Below, in pieces: positions 1-9,239 of a stretch of DNA of 44,552 nucleotides. The DNA is taken from sequence record SRR22947727_5211. One strand, given 5' to 3'. The notes below the pieces were generated by a model. The model saw nothing but the letters and a program-made list of their open reading frames with translations, was not told where the DNA came from and did no database searches. Each line of letters begins with the position of its first letter. The first letter of the stretch is position 1. A program made the translations under genes and the position numbers.

Positions 1-53
1 CCCCCAACCTTCTGATCCGTAGTCAGATGCTCTATCCGTTGAGCTACGGGCGC
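1..53 (-). tRNA. tRNA-Arg(ACG), 3' end cut off by window edge
   Basis: Minus strand reads GCGCCCGTAGCTCAACGGATAGAGCA-TCTGA-CTACGGA-TCAGA-AGGTTGGGGG, giving a D-arm and an anticodon arm with ACG. Confidence 0.95.
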
Positions 54-104
54 AACTACACCACTACAGTGCGGGAGAAAGCCTAGCAGGGTGACGCCGT
101 TGGT

Positions 105-1739
105 TCACCCCTGTGCTAATTCTTCGGTCGTTCTGGAGAGCGAAGGCCGAGCTCCAAGCCTGAAGGTGGAGAGCAGGCCGAGAACCAAGAACCCAGCGGC
201 GAAGAAAGCTGCGGATTGGGCGCCATCGGTGAACGCTTCGCCACTCGCTTCTTGGACACTTTGAGCAGTTGCCGGATCAACCTCGTTGGCGACCAGCACA
301 TCTGCCAGAACTGGTATTGCAGCACCAGCGGAATCAACTACCGAAGACACAACAGTTGCGGATACCGCTGGAGGAAGACCGGCATCATCAATCCGGGTCT
401 CCAAAGAAGACCCGGTCCCGGTGAAGAGGACGGTGCCGATAACTGCAATACCAAGCGCTGATCCGATCTGGCGAACAGTGGACTGAGAACCAGAGCCTTG
501 CCCTGTCTTCTCCATCGGCACATCCACCATGATCACGCCTGTTAGTTGAGCTGTTGCTAGTCCGACACCAATTCCGTAGACGAAAAGGAAGGGAGCAATA
601 GCAACCCACCCCGTTGAGGTTGAAGCAACCACTCCAAATCCGAGAATTCCCACAATCTCAAGAACAACACCAATTTGAACGGCACGCTCAGGCGGGAGCT
701 TTCCTGACAATGCCCCACCCACTCCTGAGGCAACAAAAGCTCCGCCAGCGAGAAAGAGCAGAACAAGTCCGGCACCAATCGGTGTCATTCCCATGACATT
801 TTGAAGCCACAGAGGGATAGCAAATATCAAGCCAAACTCGCCCATCGAAATAATGAGCGCCGCAATCGACCCGTTCCGAAATGAGGCAATCCTGAACAGA
901 TTGAGGTCAAGGAGGACTCCCTTGTCCTGCTTGACCCGAGAAATCTCCCAAAGGATGAAGGCGACCCCCGATACGACAGCGAGAGCCAGGGACACCGGAA
1001 TAACGGACAACCCTTCAGACGGCCACACAAAATCTCCCAAGGCAAAAGTGGCATTGGGATTTACCCACCACCAACCATAAATTCGACCCTCAATCAGTCC
1101 GAAAACAAGGGGACCAAAGAGAAGGACTGAGAGAAGTGCACCCACCCAATCAAGGCCGCGTCTGGGCGCGGTAGATTTCGACTCCGCCACGAACAATAAG
1201 AGACCTATTCCAATAATCACTCCCAAGGGAAGGTTTATCAAGAAAGCCCATCGCCAGGTAAAGTCAGTGGCCAACCAACCGCCGAGAACTGGTCCAACAG
1301 CAACCATTCCTCCGATTGTCGAGCCCCACACTGCAAAGGCAATTCCACGTTCCCGGCCTTGGAAGTTTGCGTTCACGAGCGACAAAGTGGTGGGCAGAAC
1401 CATCGCACCACCAAACCCTTGGACGATGCGAGAAAGTATGAGTGAACTGGCGGAGTCGCTGTATCCAGCCCACGCTGAGGATGCGATGAAGATCACAATC
1501 CCGACCAAGAGAAGTCTTCGACGCCCCACCCGATCAGCGAGCGATCCCCAAATCAGCAGTGTTGCCGCGAAAACAAGGACATAGCTCTCTTGAACCCATT
1601 GAACCTCGGTCGACGACAGAGCTAACTCCTTGATGACCTCCGGGAAGATGGTGTTAACGATCGTGCCGTCGATAATGACGAGCGAAATCGCGAGGGAGAT
1701 GAAGAGCAACCCAATCCATCGGGTGCGTGATGTCGTCAT
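105..1739 (-). CDS. MFS efflux transporter, DHA2 (14-TMS) family
   Basis: Motif D-like IDGTIVN, motif A GSLADRVGRRR, motif C GPVLGG, WRWAFLINLP and about 14 hydrophobic segments. Confidence 0.92.
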   Translation of the reverse strand: MTTSRTRWIGLLFISLAISLVIIDGTIVNTIFPEVIKELALSSTEVQWVQESYVLVFAATLLIWGSLADRVGRRRLLLVGIVIFIASSAWAGYSDSASSLILSRIVQGFGGAMVLPTTLSLVNANFQGRERGIAFAVWGSTIGGMVAVGPVLGGWLATDFTWRWAFLINLPLGVIIGIGLLLFVAESKSTAPRRGLDWVGALLSVLLFGPLVFGLIEGRIYGWWWVNPNATFALGDFVWPSEGLSVIPVSLALAVVSGVAFILWEISRVKQDKGVLLDLNLFRIASFRNGSIAALIISMGEFGLIFAIPLWLQNVMGMTPIGAGLVLLFLAGGAFVASGVGGALSGKLPPERAVQIGVVLEIVGILGFGVVASTSTGWVAIAPFLFVYGIGVGLATAQLTGVIMVDVPMEKTGQGSGSQSTVRQIGSALGIAVIGTVLFTGTGSSLETRIDDAGLPPAVSATVVSSVVDSAGAAIPVLADVLVANEVDPATAQSVQEASGEAFTDGAQSAAFFAAGFLVLGLLSTFRLGARPSLSRTTEELAQG

Positions 1740-1791
1740 GACTGTTACTGCTTTCTCGCACTCGATTCAGGAAGATCGAGGCTCCTTCAGC

Positions 1792-3072
1792 CTAGAGTCT
1801 TGCCAGGGCGTCTATATCCTCAAGGAATTGACCCACCATTTCGCCCGACACCGTCATGCGTGTATCCCCGATAGCCCAGAGGTAATCCTCAGTAGTTGGC
1901 CCGGTGGGAACAGAGACCCCGTCGTCATAGACCGCAGATTCAAGAGCCTTTTGGGCAGCTTTCCTCGCCGCAAACTCAATGTCTGCTGGAGAGAAACCAT
2001 CGGTCCTTTTCACCAACTCGGTCACATCTACCTCGGAGAGTGCGCCGTGAGGGATGTAGCGGTGCCAAATGGATTCGCGGGCCGTCTTGTCGGGTAGTCC
2101 AATCGGAATCACATAATCGAATCGCCCGTGACGGAGGAAAGCATCATCGAGAGCTCGGATGAAGTTCGTGGCGACGATCAGCAATCTGCCGGGGCGCTCA
2201 CGGAACATAGGAATGAGCTTGAGAAGCTCATTCGTCACGCCCTGCAGGGCGGTGGGCGGTTCACCCCCTCGCTGAGCCGCAATCTCTTCGACCTCATCAA
2301 TGAAGACCACCACGTTGTCGAGGTCTGAAATGCGAGTAAAGGTGTCTCGCAGTGCCCCTGCAAGACCTTTCTGATCGGCCGCCAACCTCGCCGGGAAGAC
2401 CTCGACGAAGGGCCAGTCGAGCCTGGAGGCCACAGCTTTTGCAAATGTTGTCTTCCCGGTCCCGGGAGGCCCAAAGAGGACAATCGAGCGAGGTGGCTCC
2501 ACCCCAAATTTCTCCGCCAAAGCGGCATCGGAGAGGGGGAGAACAAGGCGACGCTCCAGCATTTCCTTCTCTTTTTGCATGCCAGCAATTCCCGACCACA
2601 GGTCTCGCGGGAGAACTCGACCACCAAGTTCACCCAGAATGCTGCGCTCTTTCTCGCTAATCGGGATCTCCCGCTCGAAATAGCTCAAGTGGTTTTTGTC
2701 GACAAAGCCCGCACGATCGAGGACTCCGGACTCATCCTGGCTCTCAGGCACGAGAATTGAGAGTTTGGTGAGCCCTAGCGGTGCCATGCGGGCTTCCAGC
2801 GCCGAGAGAAGGGAACTTCCTATGCCTTGGCGGCGGTAATCAGAAAGGGTCGAGAAGAAAACAATCCATCCTTGCTCGTGAGCTGCCCTGGCCACTGCGG
2901 CACCCACTACTCGGCCGTCCGCCACAGCGACGACGGCGTGGTCCTTCTGGCACGAAGCCAGGACCTCAGCCAGACCATAGACGGGCTCGAAACCGTGGGA
3001 CTTGGCGCTCTCCCACAGTTCCAGCACCGCATCAGTATCGGCAGGGTGGTACTCACGAATACGAAAAGACAT
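1792..3072 (-). CDS. GNAT acetyltransferase fused to a classic-clade AAA ATPase
   Basis: N-terminal GNAT with acetyl-CoA motif RRQGIG. C-terminal Walker A GPPGTGKT, Walker B FIDEVE, sensor-1 ATN, SRH AFLRHGRFD and lid TDGFSPADI. SD GAGGA upstream. Confidence 0.9.
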   Translation of the reverse strand: MSFRIREYHPADTDAVLELWESAKSHGFEPVYGLAEVLASCQKDHAVVAVADGRVVGAAVARAAHEQGWIVFFSTLSDYRRQGIGSSLLSALEARMAPLGLTKLSILVPESQDESGVLDRAGFVDKNHLSYFEREIPISEKERSILGELGGRVLPRDLWSGIAGMQKEKEMLERRLVLPLSDAALAEKFGVEPPRSIVLFGPPGTGKTTFAKAVASRLDWPFVEVFPARLAADQKGLAGALRDTFTRISDLDNVVVFIDEVEEIAAQRGGEPPTALQGVTNELLKLIPMFRERPGRLLIVATNFIRALDDAFLRHGRFDYVIPIGLPDKTARESIWHRYIPHGALSEVDVTELVKRTDGFSPADIEFAARKAAQKALESAVYDDGVSVPTGPTTEDYLWAIGDTRMTVSGEMVGQFLEDIDALARL

Positions 3073-3077
3073 TGGAA

Positions 3078-3143
3078 TTCCTCACCATGACAAGGACAGA
3101 AGAAATGCACCACTGAGAGGTGCAGGGCTGCCGGGGTGAGGAA
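3078..3143 (-). promoter_or_regulatory. Candidate structured 5' leader sequestering the RBS of the GNAT-AAA gene
   Basis: Perfect 9-bp inverted repeat TTCCTCACC (3078-3086)/GGTGAGGAA (3135-3143) that includes the SD, plus inner hairpin TGCACC/GGTGCA (3106-3124). Confidence 0.45.
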
Positions 3144-3325
3144 GCCAGAAAATGGGAGAACTTGGTGGTCTCGCATGACGCTGCATCGTTACAACGTGTC
3201 GCCACGATAGCCGGTGTGGATGAACTTTGTCTGCATCCTGCTCAAATTGTTACCCGCCGACAACTAACTGACGTGAGAAACCCTTCGCCGATACCATCGA
3301 GGGAGTCGAAGACAAGGAGAGTCGC

Positions 3326-4318
3326 GTGGGAGCATCCGAGATCCTCACCATCGCTCTCACCAATCTCATTTCACCGCCAGTTCTGGCCTTCGCGCTGGGT
3401 CTTCTCGCCGTTGCCATCAAGAGCGATCTGCGACTACCCGAAGCCTTCTACCAAGCAATCTCGATCTACCTTTTGCTGGGAATCGGTATCAAGGGTGGCG
3501 TAGCGCTGCGAAACGCAGACTTGGCCGAGTTATGGCTTCCCTTAGTGGCCACTTTCCTGCTGGGTGTGATCATCCCTCTCCTTGCGTTCACGATCTCCGG
3601 GTGGCTGACAAAACTTGATCGGGTAAACAGGGGCGCGCTCGCCGCCCACTACGGATCAACGTCACTGGTGACGTTCACCGCCGCCCTCGTGTTCCTCGAG
3701 TCCACCTCGCGTTTTGTCGAGGGCTACCTCGTAACCTTGCTCGCCGTGCTCGAAGTCCCCGGGATCATCGTGGGTCTTCTTCTTGCTGCACGGGGTCGTA
3801 GCGAATCCGTCGCGTGGGGCGAGTCCTTGCGAGAGGTTCTCTCCGGTCGCTCGATTGTCCTGCTTGTCGGGGGACTTGCACTGGGAGCAATCGCCGGCAA
3901 CACCGGATTTGCGAGCATTGAGCCGTTCTTCGGTGGACTCTTCACCGGTGTGCTCACGCTCTTCCTCCTGGAGCTCGGCATTGTCGCCGGTCGCAGGCTT
4001 CCGGATGTGAAGAAGGCGGGGGTCGGTGTGGTGATCTTCGGGCTCGGGTTCCCCGTGCTCGCAGGAACCTTGGGAGTCAGCGCTGGTCTGCTCTCCGGAC
4101 TTTCGGGGGGAGGATCAGCTCTGCTTGGCGTCCTCAGCGCCTCGGCGTCCTATATCGCCGCCCCCACCGCAGTGCGACTGGCCCTGCCTGAGGCAAGCCC
4201 CGGCATCTACCTCACCGCGAGCCTTGGAATTACCTTCCCGTTCAATCTGATTGCCGGAATCCCCCTCTACATTTGGCTTGCAGGGGCACTGGAAGGAGCA
4301 CTCTCGTGGACTTCGTAA
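3326..4318 (+). CDS. sbtA: Sodium-dependent bicarbonate transporter family permease (SbtA-like)
   Basis: Family signatures SPPVLAFALG, SIYLLLGIGIKGG, AAHYGSTS, SASYIAAP and LGITFPFN. SD AAGGAG before GTG. Confidence 0.88.
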   Translation: MGASEILTIALTNLISPPVLAFALGLLAVAIKSDLRLPEAFYQAISIYLLLGIGIKGGVALRNADLAELWLPLVATFLLGVIIPLLAFTISGWLTKLDRVNRGALAAHYGSTSLVTFTAALVFLESTSRFVEGYLVTLLAVLEVPGIIVGLLLAARGRSESVAWGESLREVLSGRSIVLLVGGLALGAIAGNTGFASIEPFFGGLFTGVLTLFLLELGIVAGRRLPDVKKAGVGVVIFGLGFPVLAGTLGVSAGLLSGLSGGGSALLGVLSASASYIAAPTAVRLALPEASPGIYLTASLGITFPFNLIAGIPLYIWLAGALEGALSWTS

Positions 4319-4605
4319 GCAAGAAGCTGGTGACCATCGTGGCGGAAAGCGCTCTGGAGAAGCGCCTCGTTGCAAGCCTCCACGACGCTGGCATCAGGGG
4401 GTACACGGTCTCCACTGTTCATGGTGCTGGCACCAGGGGACAACGAGTCGGTGACCTCCAGGGTGGGAACGTGAAGATCGAGTGCGTCGTGGGTGAAAAT
4501 CATCTCGACGCAATTTTCACCATGCTTTCCACCCACTTCTTCCCTCACTACGCCTGCGTGGCCTGGGTGAATGAAGTAGGAGTGTTCCGCGACGAGCGCT
4601 TTTAG
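4306..4605 (+). CDS. sbtB: P-II-like regulator SbtB
   Basis: KKLVTIVAES...GIRGYTV...GAGTRG...NVKIECVV...VFRDERF. Start moved to GTG 4306 (SD GAAGGAG), overlapping the end of sbtA. Confidence 0.85.
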   Translation: MDFVSKKLVTIVAESALEKRLVASLHDAGIRGYTVSTVHGAGTRGQRVGDLQGGNVKIECVVGENHLDAIFTMLSTHFFPHYACVAWVNEVGVFRDERF

Positions 4606-4617
4606 TATCGTCATTCC

Positions 4618-5049
4618 GTGGCTGATTCCAAGAAAAACACTTCCGCCTTCACCGATGCTGAGCGCGATGCCATGAAGGAGCGCGCCCGTGAGGCGCGCGA
4701 ATTCAAGAAACTCTCCGGCGAGGAGCAAGTTTCCAGGAAAATTTCGGAGATGAGCCCCCCTGAGCGAAAAATGGCGAAGGCTATCCACGCTCTCGTCATG
4801 GGGATTTCCCCCGAGATCACCACGAGGACCTGGTACGGAATGCCGGCCTACTATCTGAAAGACAAGGTCATCTGTTTCTTTCAGGCGGGAAGTAAGTTCG
4901 ACAGTCGGTATTCCACGTTTGGATTCCAAGAAGCCGCGCACCTCGATGACGGTGTCTTCTGGCCCACCTCGTTTGCCATCCTTGAGATGAACGACTCCGT
5001 AGCGAAAACCATCACCGCCTTGGTCACGAAGGCAATCGCCTCAAAATAA
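4618..5049 (+). CDS. DUF1801/YdhG-like protein
   Basis: TWYGMPAY, VICFFQ, RYSTFGF and WPTSFA motifs typical of this family. TATCGT -10 box 6 nt upstream. Confidence 0.8.
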   Translation: MADSKKNTSAFTDAERDAMKERAREAREFKKLSGEEQVSRKISEMSPPERKMAKAIHALVMGISPEITTRTWYGMPAYYLKDKVICFFQAGSKFDSRYSTFGFQEAAHLDDGVFWPTSFAILEMNDSVAKTITALVTKAIASK

Positions 5050-5100
5050 CTGCCTTAATTTCATCACTATTCAGCTCAGCAGGCGTAGGGTGAGCACATC

Positions 5101-5595
5101 ATGGCTCGTTCACCGAAAAGCATTGTTCCCACAAAGTGGGCTGAAGGTATGGAAGATGTCTTCCATGTCGTACTGGGGGTGTTCCTCTTTGCGATTGCCG
5201 TCGCTGCGCTCATTTTCAGCGTCATTCGAGTTTTCACGACCTGGCCGTTCTTCCCCGATGGCATGATTCAGGCGATCAATGACATCTTGTTCATCATCAT
5301 CATTTTGGAAATTCTTCGCACCGTCATCGCCCGATACACCGATGGAGTCTTCCAACTCCAGAACTTCCTCATCATCGGCATCATCGCCGCCGTCCGTCAC
5401 ATCCTGACTGTGGGCGCATCGATGACCCTCGGTGCAGAAAAACCTCGGGAAAGCTTCGACAGAGCGGTCATCGAGCTGGGCATTAGCTCAGCGATAGTGG
5501 TCGCGCTGGTCTTTGCCATCTTCTTGTCGAAAGCTACAGAATCGGCAACGGCGAAGACATTAACTCGCGCGAGTCGTCCGCTGAAGAAGAAATAA
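5101..5595 (+). CDS. PsiE-family (phosphate-starvation-inducible E) membrane protein
   Basis: Four TM segments with IILEILRTV and FLIIGIIAAVRHIL motifs. Confidence 0.78.
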   Translation: MARSPKSIVPTKWAEGMEDVFHVVLGVFLFAIAVAALIFSVIRVFTTWPFFPDGMIQAINDILFIIIILEILRTVIARYTDGVFQLQNFLIIGIIAAVRHILTVGASMTLGAEKPRESFDRAVIELGISSAIVVALVFAIFLSKATESATAKTLTRASRPLKKK

Positions 5596-5598
5596 CCG

Positions 5599-5687
5599 CG
5601 GAGACGGAGGGATTTGAACCCTCGGTCCCCTTGCGGGGACTCCACCTTAGCAGGGTGGTGCACTCGGCCGGACTATGCGACGTCTCC
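5599..5687 (-). tRNA. tRNA-Ser(GCT)
   Basis: GGAGACG acceptor stem, anticodon arm CCACC-CTGCTAA-GGTGG, long variable arm, T-arm GGTTCAAATCC. CCA not encoded. Confidence 0.96.
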
Positions 5688-5735
5688 TGGATGAAGCGGG
5701 CTTCATCACTCGCACAACTATAGCGAGGTCACCTC

Positions 5736-6956
5736 TTAGCGGGGAACCGCGCAGGTCTCATCACCCGCGGTCTGGCCGACCAAACCTTCGAGCTCCTCAG
5801 CGCTGGGAACGTCCGAGCCACCCGCATCGCCGTTGTTCTCAGCATCAGTGGACCCAAAACCTAGCGACCCTTCCCCGACGGTGAAAGCCTCATCGACCTG
5901 CAATCGCTCCACCACTTCAGTCGCCAAAACGTCGTTGGGAATCACTCGACCCGGATAAAGCTCGGGGTCTGCATCCAGCACCGGATACTGAATGAACAGA
6001 ATGTTCTCGTTCGGTATGCCTCGCAGTGCTCTCGCCATCGCCACCATCACATCGAGGCTTCCCAAGCTCGTGGAGAGAACCATCGTGTCAGCGGCTACCC
6101 GGGCAATTCCGTAGAGACGCTCCACCGAGTTGAGGACACCGTCCTGCTGGAGGGTCCGCACGAGAGCCGCCATATAGACCTGCTGCGAGGAGATACGGGA
6201 GAGGTCACTGCCATCCCCCACACCCTTGCGTGTGCGAAGAAACGCCAGCGCTTGTCCGCCCTCGAGGGTGTGGTACCCGGCCTCAGGGAGATTTACACCC
6301 GACCACGGGTCGACCAGTGGCGCACTCACACAGACTTCCACGCCGCCTACTGCCGTGGAGAGTTGCGCTACCCCGGTGAAGGTCATGAGACCCGCGTAGC
6401 CAATCTCAAGTCCCGTGAGTTCCTCAAGCGTCAACGCCACACAGGGGAGCCCACCGACTGCCATGGTGGTGTTGAGCGGTTGCATCTCTTTCGGCTCAGA
6501 CGCGGTGCCATCAGCCTGCGGACAGGCGGGAACATCCAAGAGAAGGTCCCGGGGGAAGCTGATCACGACAGCCCGATCGTGATTCTCCGAGACGTGAACC
6601 AGAAGGTTCACATCGTTGAGTTCAGAGTCCACAAACTCGAACTGGTCACCCTGGCCCACGCGGGTGTCAGACCCCACGACCAGAACGTTGAAGCCACCCT
6701 CAATCTCGCCGATGGTGGGGAGAAGGGGGTCGGGAGCTCCAGGGAGCTCCACGGTGACAATGCTGGATTGAAGATTTTGCAACGTGAGCCCCAGCACCGT
6801 TCCCAGGCTGACGACCAAGACGGCGACCACACCCAGAGCGAGTGAGGTCACGAGTCGCCACCCACCTGTGCGCTTCTGGGATACGTGAAGAGGTTGCGGA
6901 TAGTCCTCAGTCGACGAGAAAAGCTCGGGTGCAGCCGGCTTGGCTGTGTTAGCCAC
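5736..6956 (-). CDS. LCP (LytR-CpsA-Psr) family cell-wall glycopolymer ligase
   Basis: Single N-terminal TM, NVLVVGSDTR, ISFPRD, ALAFLRTR and SDLSRISSQQ. Start moved to GTG 6956 (GGAG SD) because the longer ORF overlaps a tRNA. Confidence 0.9.
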   Translation of the reverse strand: MANTAKPAAPELFSSTEDYPQPLHVSQKRTGGWRLVTSLALGVVAVLVVSLGTVLGLTLQNLQSSIVTVELPGAPDPLLPTIGEIEGGFNVLVVGSDTRVGQGDQFEFVDSELNDVNLLVHVSENHDRAVVISFPRDLLLDVPACPQADGTASEPKEMQPLNTTMAVGGLPCVALTLEELTGLEIGYAGLMTFTGVAQLSTAVGGVEVCVSAPLVDPWSGVNLPEAGYHTLEGGQALAFLRTRKGVGDGSDLSRISSQQVYMAALVRTLQQDGVLNSVERLYGIARVAADTMVLSTSLGSLDVMVAMARALRGIPNENILFIQYPVLDADPELYPGRVIPNDVLATEVVERLQVDEAFTVGEGSLGFGSTDAENNGDAGGSDVPSAEELEGLVGQTAGDETCAVPR

Positions 6957-6992
6957 GGGCTCCCCCGATCCTTTGCTATGTCTTCTTGTGCC

Positions 6993-7080
6993 TGGCGGAG
7001 GGCGTGGGATTCGAACCCACGAGACATTTCTGCCCACTAGTTTTCAAGACTAGCTCCATCGGCCGCTCGGACAGCCCTCC
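6993..7080 (-). tRNA. tRNA-Ser(TGA)
   Basis: GGAGGGC acceptor stem, anticodon arm CTAGT-CTTGAAA-ACTAG, long variable arm, GGTTCGAATCC, encoded CCA. Confidence 0.96.
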
Positions 7081-7112
7081 GCAGATGATTCTAGAACACA
7101 AGCCTTGGAGGG

Positions 7113-7937
7113 CTAGGCGGTCAAAGAGTTGAGGGCTATCGCCACCCCGTCGCCGAGGAAATCCTCGGTGATGTCGGTGGCGTGGATGCGGACCTCTTCG
7201 GGAGCTTGTCCCATCGCCACGGCGCGACCTTTGCGGGCAGCCCACTGCAGCATTTCAATGTCGTTCCTGCCATCACCAATCACCATGACACGATCTAGCG
7301 GGACATCAAGCTCGGTGCGAACGCGCTCCAAAGCGGTGGACTTGTTGACCCCTTCAGGAGCAATGTCCAGCCACGCAGTCCACCCCACGGTGTAACTGAC
7401 CTGGTGGAGACCCATGTCCTCCACGACCTTCAAGAAGTCATCAATTTCGTGTCCAGGCGAGATCACCACAACTCGTACGGCGGAGGTGGAGAGCAACTCT
7501 TCGAAGGTGACCTTCTCGCTCATCGCATCGAGGGCACCTTCGGGGAACCAATCCGTGTAGCGATAAAGACCTGTCTCATCCTCCACGGCATAGTGCGCTT
7601 GGGGCAGGCGGGCTTTGATGCGAATAAGAACCTCGGTCGAGTCAAAACGCTCCACGTGAAAACGTCGATAGGCAGAAGGTGCGCCCGGATCACGTTTCAG
7701 CGTGATGGCTCCATTGGAGCAGACCACAAACTCCGGCGTGATGTTGAGGCGCTCAAGAATGGGAATGGTCATCGACACCGAGCGTCCCGTGGCAAGGGTT
7801 ACCTCGTGGCCAGCGTCCCTAGCCTTTTGCACGGCAATGACGACCTCATCCGAGAGGTGGCCATCCTCATGAAGAACAGTGCCATCAATGTCGAGGGCAA
7901 TGAGCCACGGCTCTGAAGTTGTTGTCATCTCACCCAC
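7113..7937 (-). CDS. Cof-type HAD hydrolase (subfamily IIB)
   Basis: DIDGT, LATGR, NKSTAL and GDGRND motifs. Confidence 0.92.
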   Translation of the reverse strand: MGEMTTTSEPWLIALDIDGTVLHEDGHLSDEVVIAVQKARDAGHEVTLATGRSVSMTIPILERLNITPEFVVCSNGAITLKRDPGAPSAYRRFHVERFDSTEVLIRIKARLPQAHYAVEDETGLYRYTDWFPEGALDAMSEKVTFEELLSTSAVRVVVISPGHEIDDFLKVVEDMGLHQVSYTVGWTAWLDIAPEGVNKSTALERVRTELDVPLDRVMVIGDGRNDIEMLQWAARKGRAVAMGQAPEEVRIHATDITEDFLGDGVAIALNSLTA

Positions 7938-7955
7938 AGTTGTATCAGGAGCACT

Positions 7956-9221
7956 CTAGGAAGCGCTGATAACGCTGAGCCCACCCATGAAAGGCTGCAG
8001 GACTTCGGGAACCAGAACGGAACCATCAGGTTGCTGGTGCGTTTCCAGCAGGGCAACAAGCCACCTCGTGGTCGCAAGCGTCCCATTCAATGTTGCGACC
8101 GGTTCGGTGGAGCCACCCTTGTCGGGGCGGTGGCGAACATTCAGGCGCCTGGACTGGAAGGTGGTGCAGTTCGAGGTCGAGGTGAGCTCCCGATAGGCAG
8201 ATTGGCTGGGGATCCAGGCCTCCACGTCATACTTCCGGGCAGCACTGGTTCCGAGATCTCCCGCCGCCACATCGATCACCCGGTAGGCAAGACCCAGGGA
8301 CTGCAGCATCTGCTCTTGCCAGGACACTAAGCGCTCGTGTTCTGCTTCAGCGTCCGCGGGATCGATGTAGCTAAACATTTCCAGTTTCTGGAACTGGTGG
8401 ACTCGAATGATGCCCCTGGTGTCTTTGCCATAGGAACCGGCTTCGCGCCGATAGCAGGTGGAGAGGCCCACATAGCGAAGCGGTCCCTTGGTCAGGTCAA
8501 TGATTTCGTCGCTGTGGTAGCCGGCAAGCGCCACCTCACTGGTCCCCGTCAGATACAAATCATCCTCACCCAGGTGATACACCTCAGCAGAGTGCTCGCC
8601 TAAGAACCCTGTTCCCTGCATAATCTCGGGCTTCACCAGGGTGGGCGGAATCAAGGGCACAAATCCGTTCTCCAGTGCAACCTTCATACCCAGCTGCGTG
8701 AGTGCCATTTCCAGTAGGGCCCCAGCGCCTTTGAGGAAATAGAAACGTGAACCCGAGACTTTGACGCCTCGCTCCATGTCAAGAATGTCGAGGGCTTCAC
8801 CGATTTCGAGGTGATCTTTGACTTCGCCCGCAAAGGTAGGGATGGTCCCCACTTCGCGCAATGTCACAAAGTTCTCTTCGCCACCAGCGGGAACACCCTC
8901 GATCACCAGATTCGGCAGGGCGCCCAACGCGCTCGAGGCCGCTTCCTCCGCCTCCGCCACGCGTGCGGATGCTTCCTTCACCTGGGTGGAGAGCTCTTTC
9001 ACGGTGGCGAGGAGGGCATCTTTCTCCGCTCCTGACGCTTTCGCCACGTCTTTGCCGATGACGTTTTGTTCTGCGCGCAACGTCTCGAAGGCGGCAATCG
9101 CTTCGCGTCTGGCGGCATCGGCCTGCAGGGCAGTATCTACGAGTGATTCCCCAGCACCTCTGGAGCGCAGTGACGCCTTGATGACATCGGGAGAATCGCG
9201 CAGAAGTTGGGGGTCAATCAC
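7956..9221 (-). CDS. serS: Serine--tRNA ligase
   Basis: N-terminal coiled coil, [24 protein letters not shown] and TLNGT. Confidence 0.98.
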   Translation of the reverse strand: MIDPQLLRDSPDVIKASLRSRGAGESLVDTALQADAARREAIAAFETLRAEQNVIGKDVAKASGAEKDALLATVKELSTQVKEASARVAEAEEAASSALGALPNLVIEGVPAGGEENFVTLREVGTIPTFAGEVKDHLEIGEALDILDMERGVKVSGSRFYFLKGAGALLEMALTQLGMKVALENGFVPLIPPTLVKPEIMQGTGFLGEHSAEVYHLGEDDLYLTGTSEVALAGYHSDEIIDLTKGPLRYVGLSTCYRREAGSYGKDTRGIIRVHQFQKLEMFSYIDPADAEAEHERLVSWQEQMLQSLGLAYRVIDVAAGDLGTSAARKYDVEAWIPSQSAYRELTSTSNCTTFQSRRLNVRHRPDKGGSTEPVATLNGTLATTRWLVALLETHQQPDGSVLVPEVLQPFMGGLSVISAS

Positions 9222-9239
9222 CCCTCTAGTCTGTCACGC

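Noticed and set aside
3100..3155. Cobalamin, TPP or glycine riboswitch on the plus strand (CACTG, CTGAGA, GAAGCCAG fragments)
   Set aside because: Only scattered short matches. The remaining conserved cores are absent and the gene context does not fit.
3281..3312. Small alternative hairpins upstream of sbtA as a riboswitch
   Set aside because: Stems are only 4-6 bp in GC-rich DNA, match no family I know, and leave the SD outside.
6957..7037. N-terminal extension of the LCP ORF
   Set aside because: It overlaps tRNA-Ser(TGA). A better start with an SD exists at 6956.
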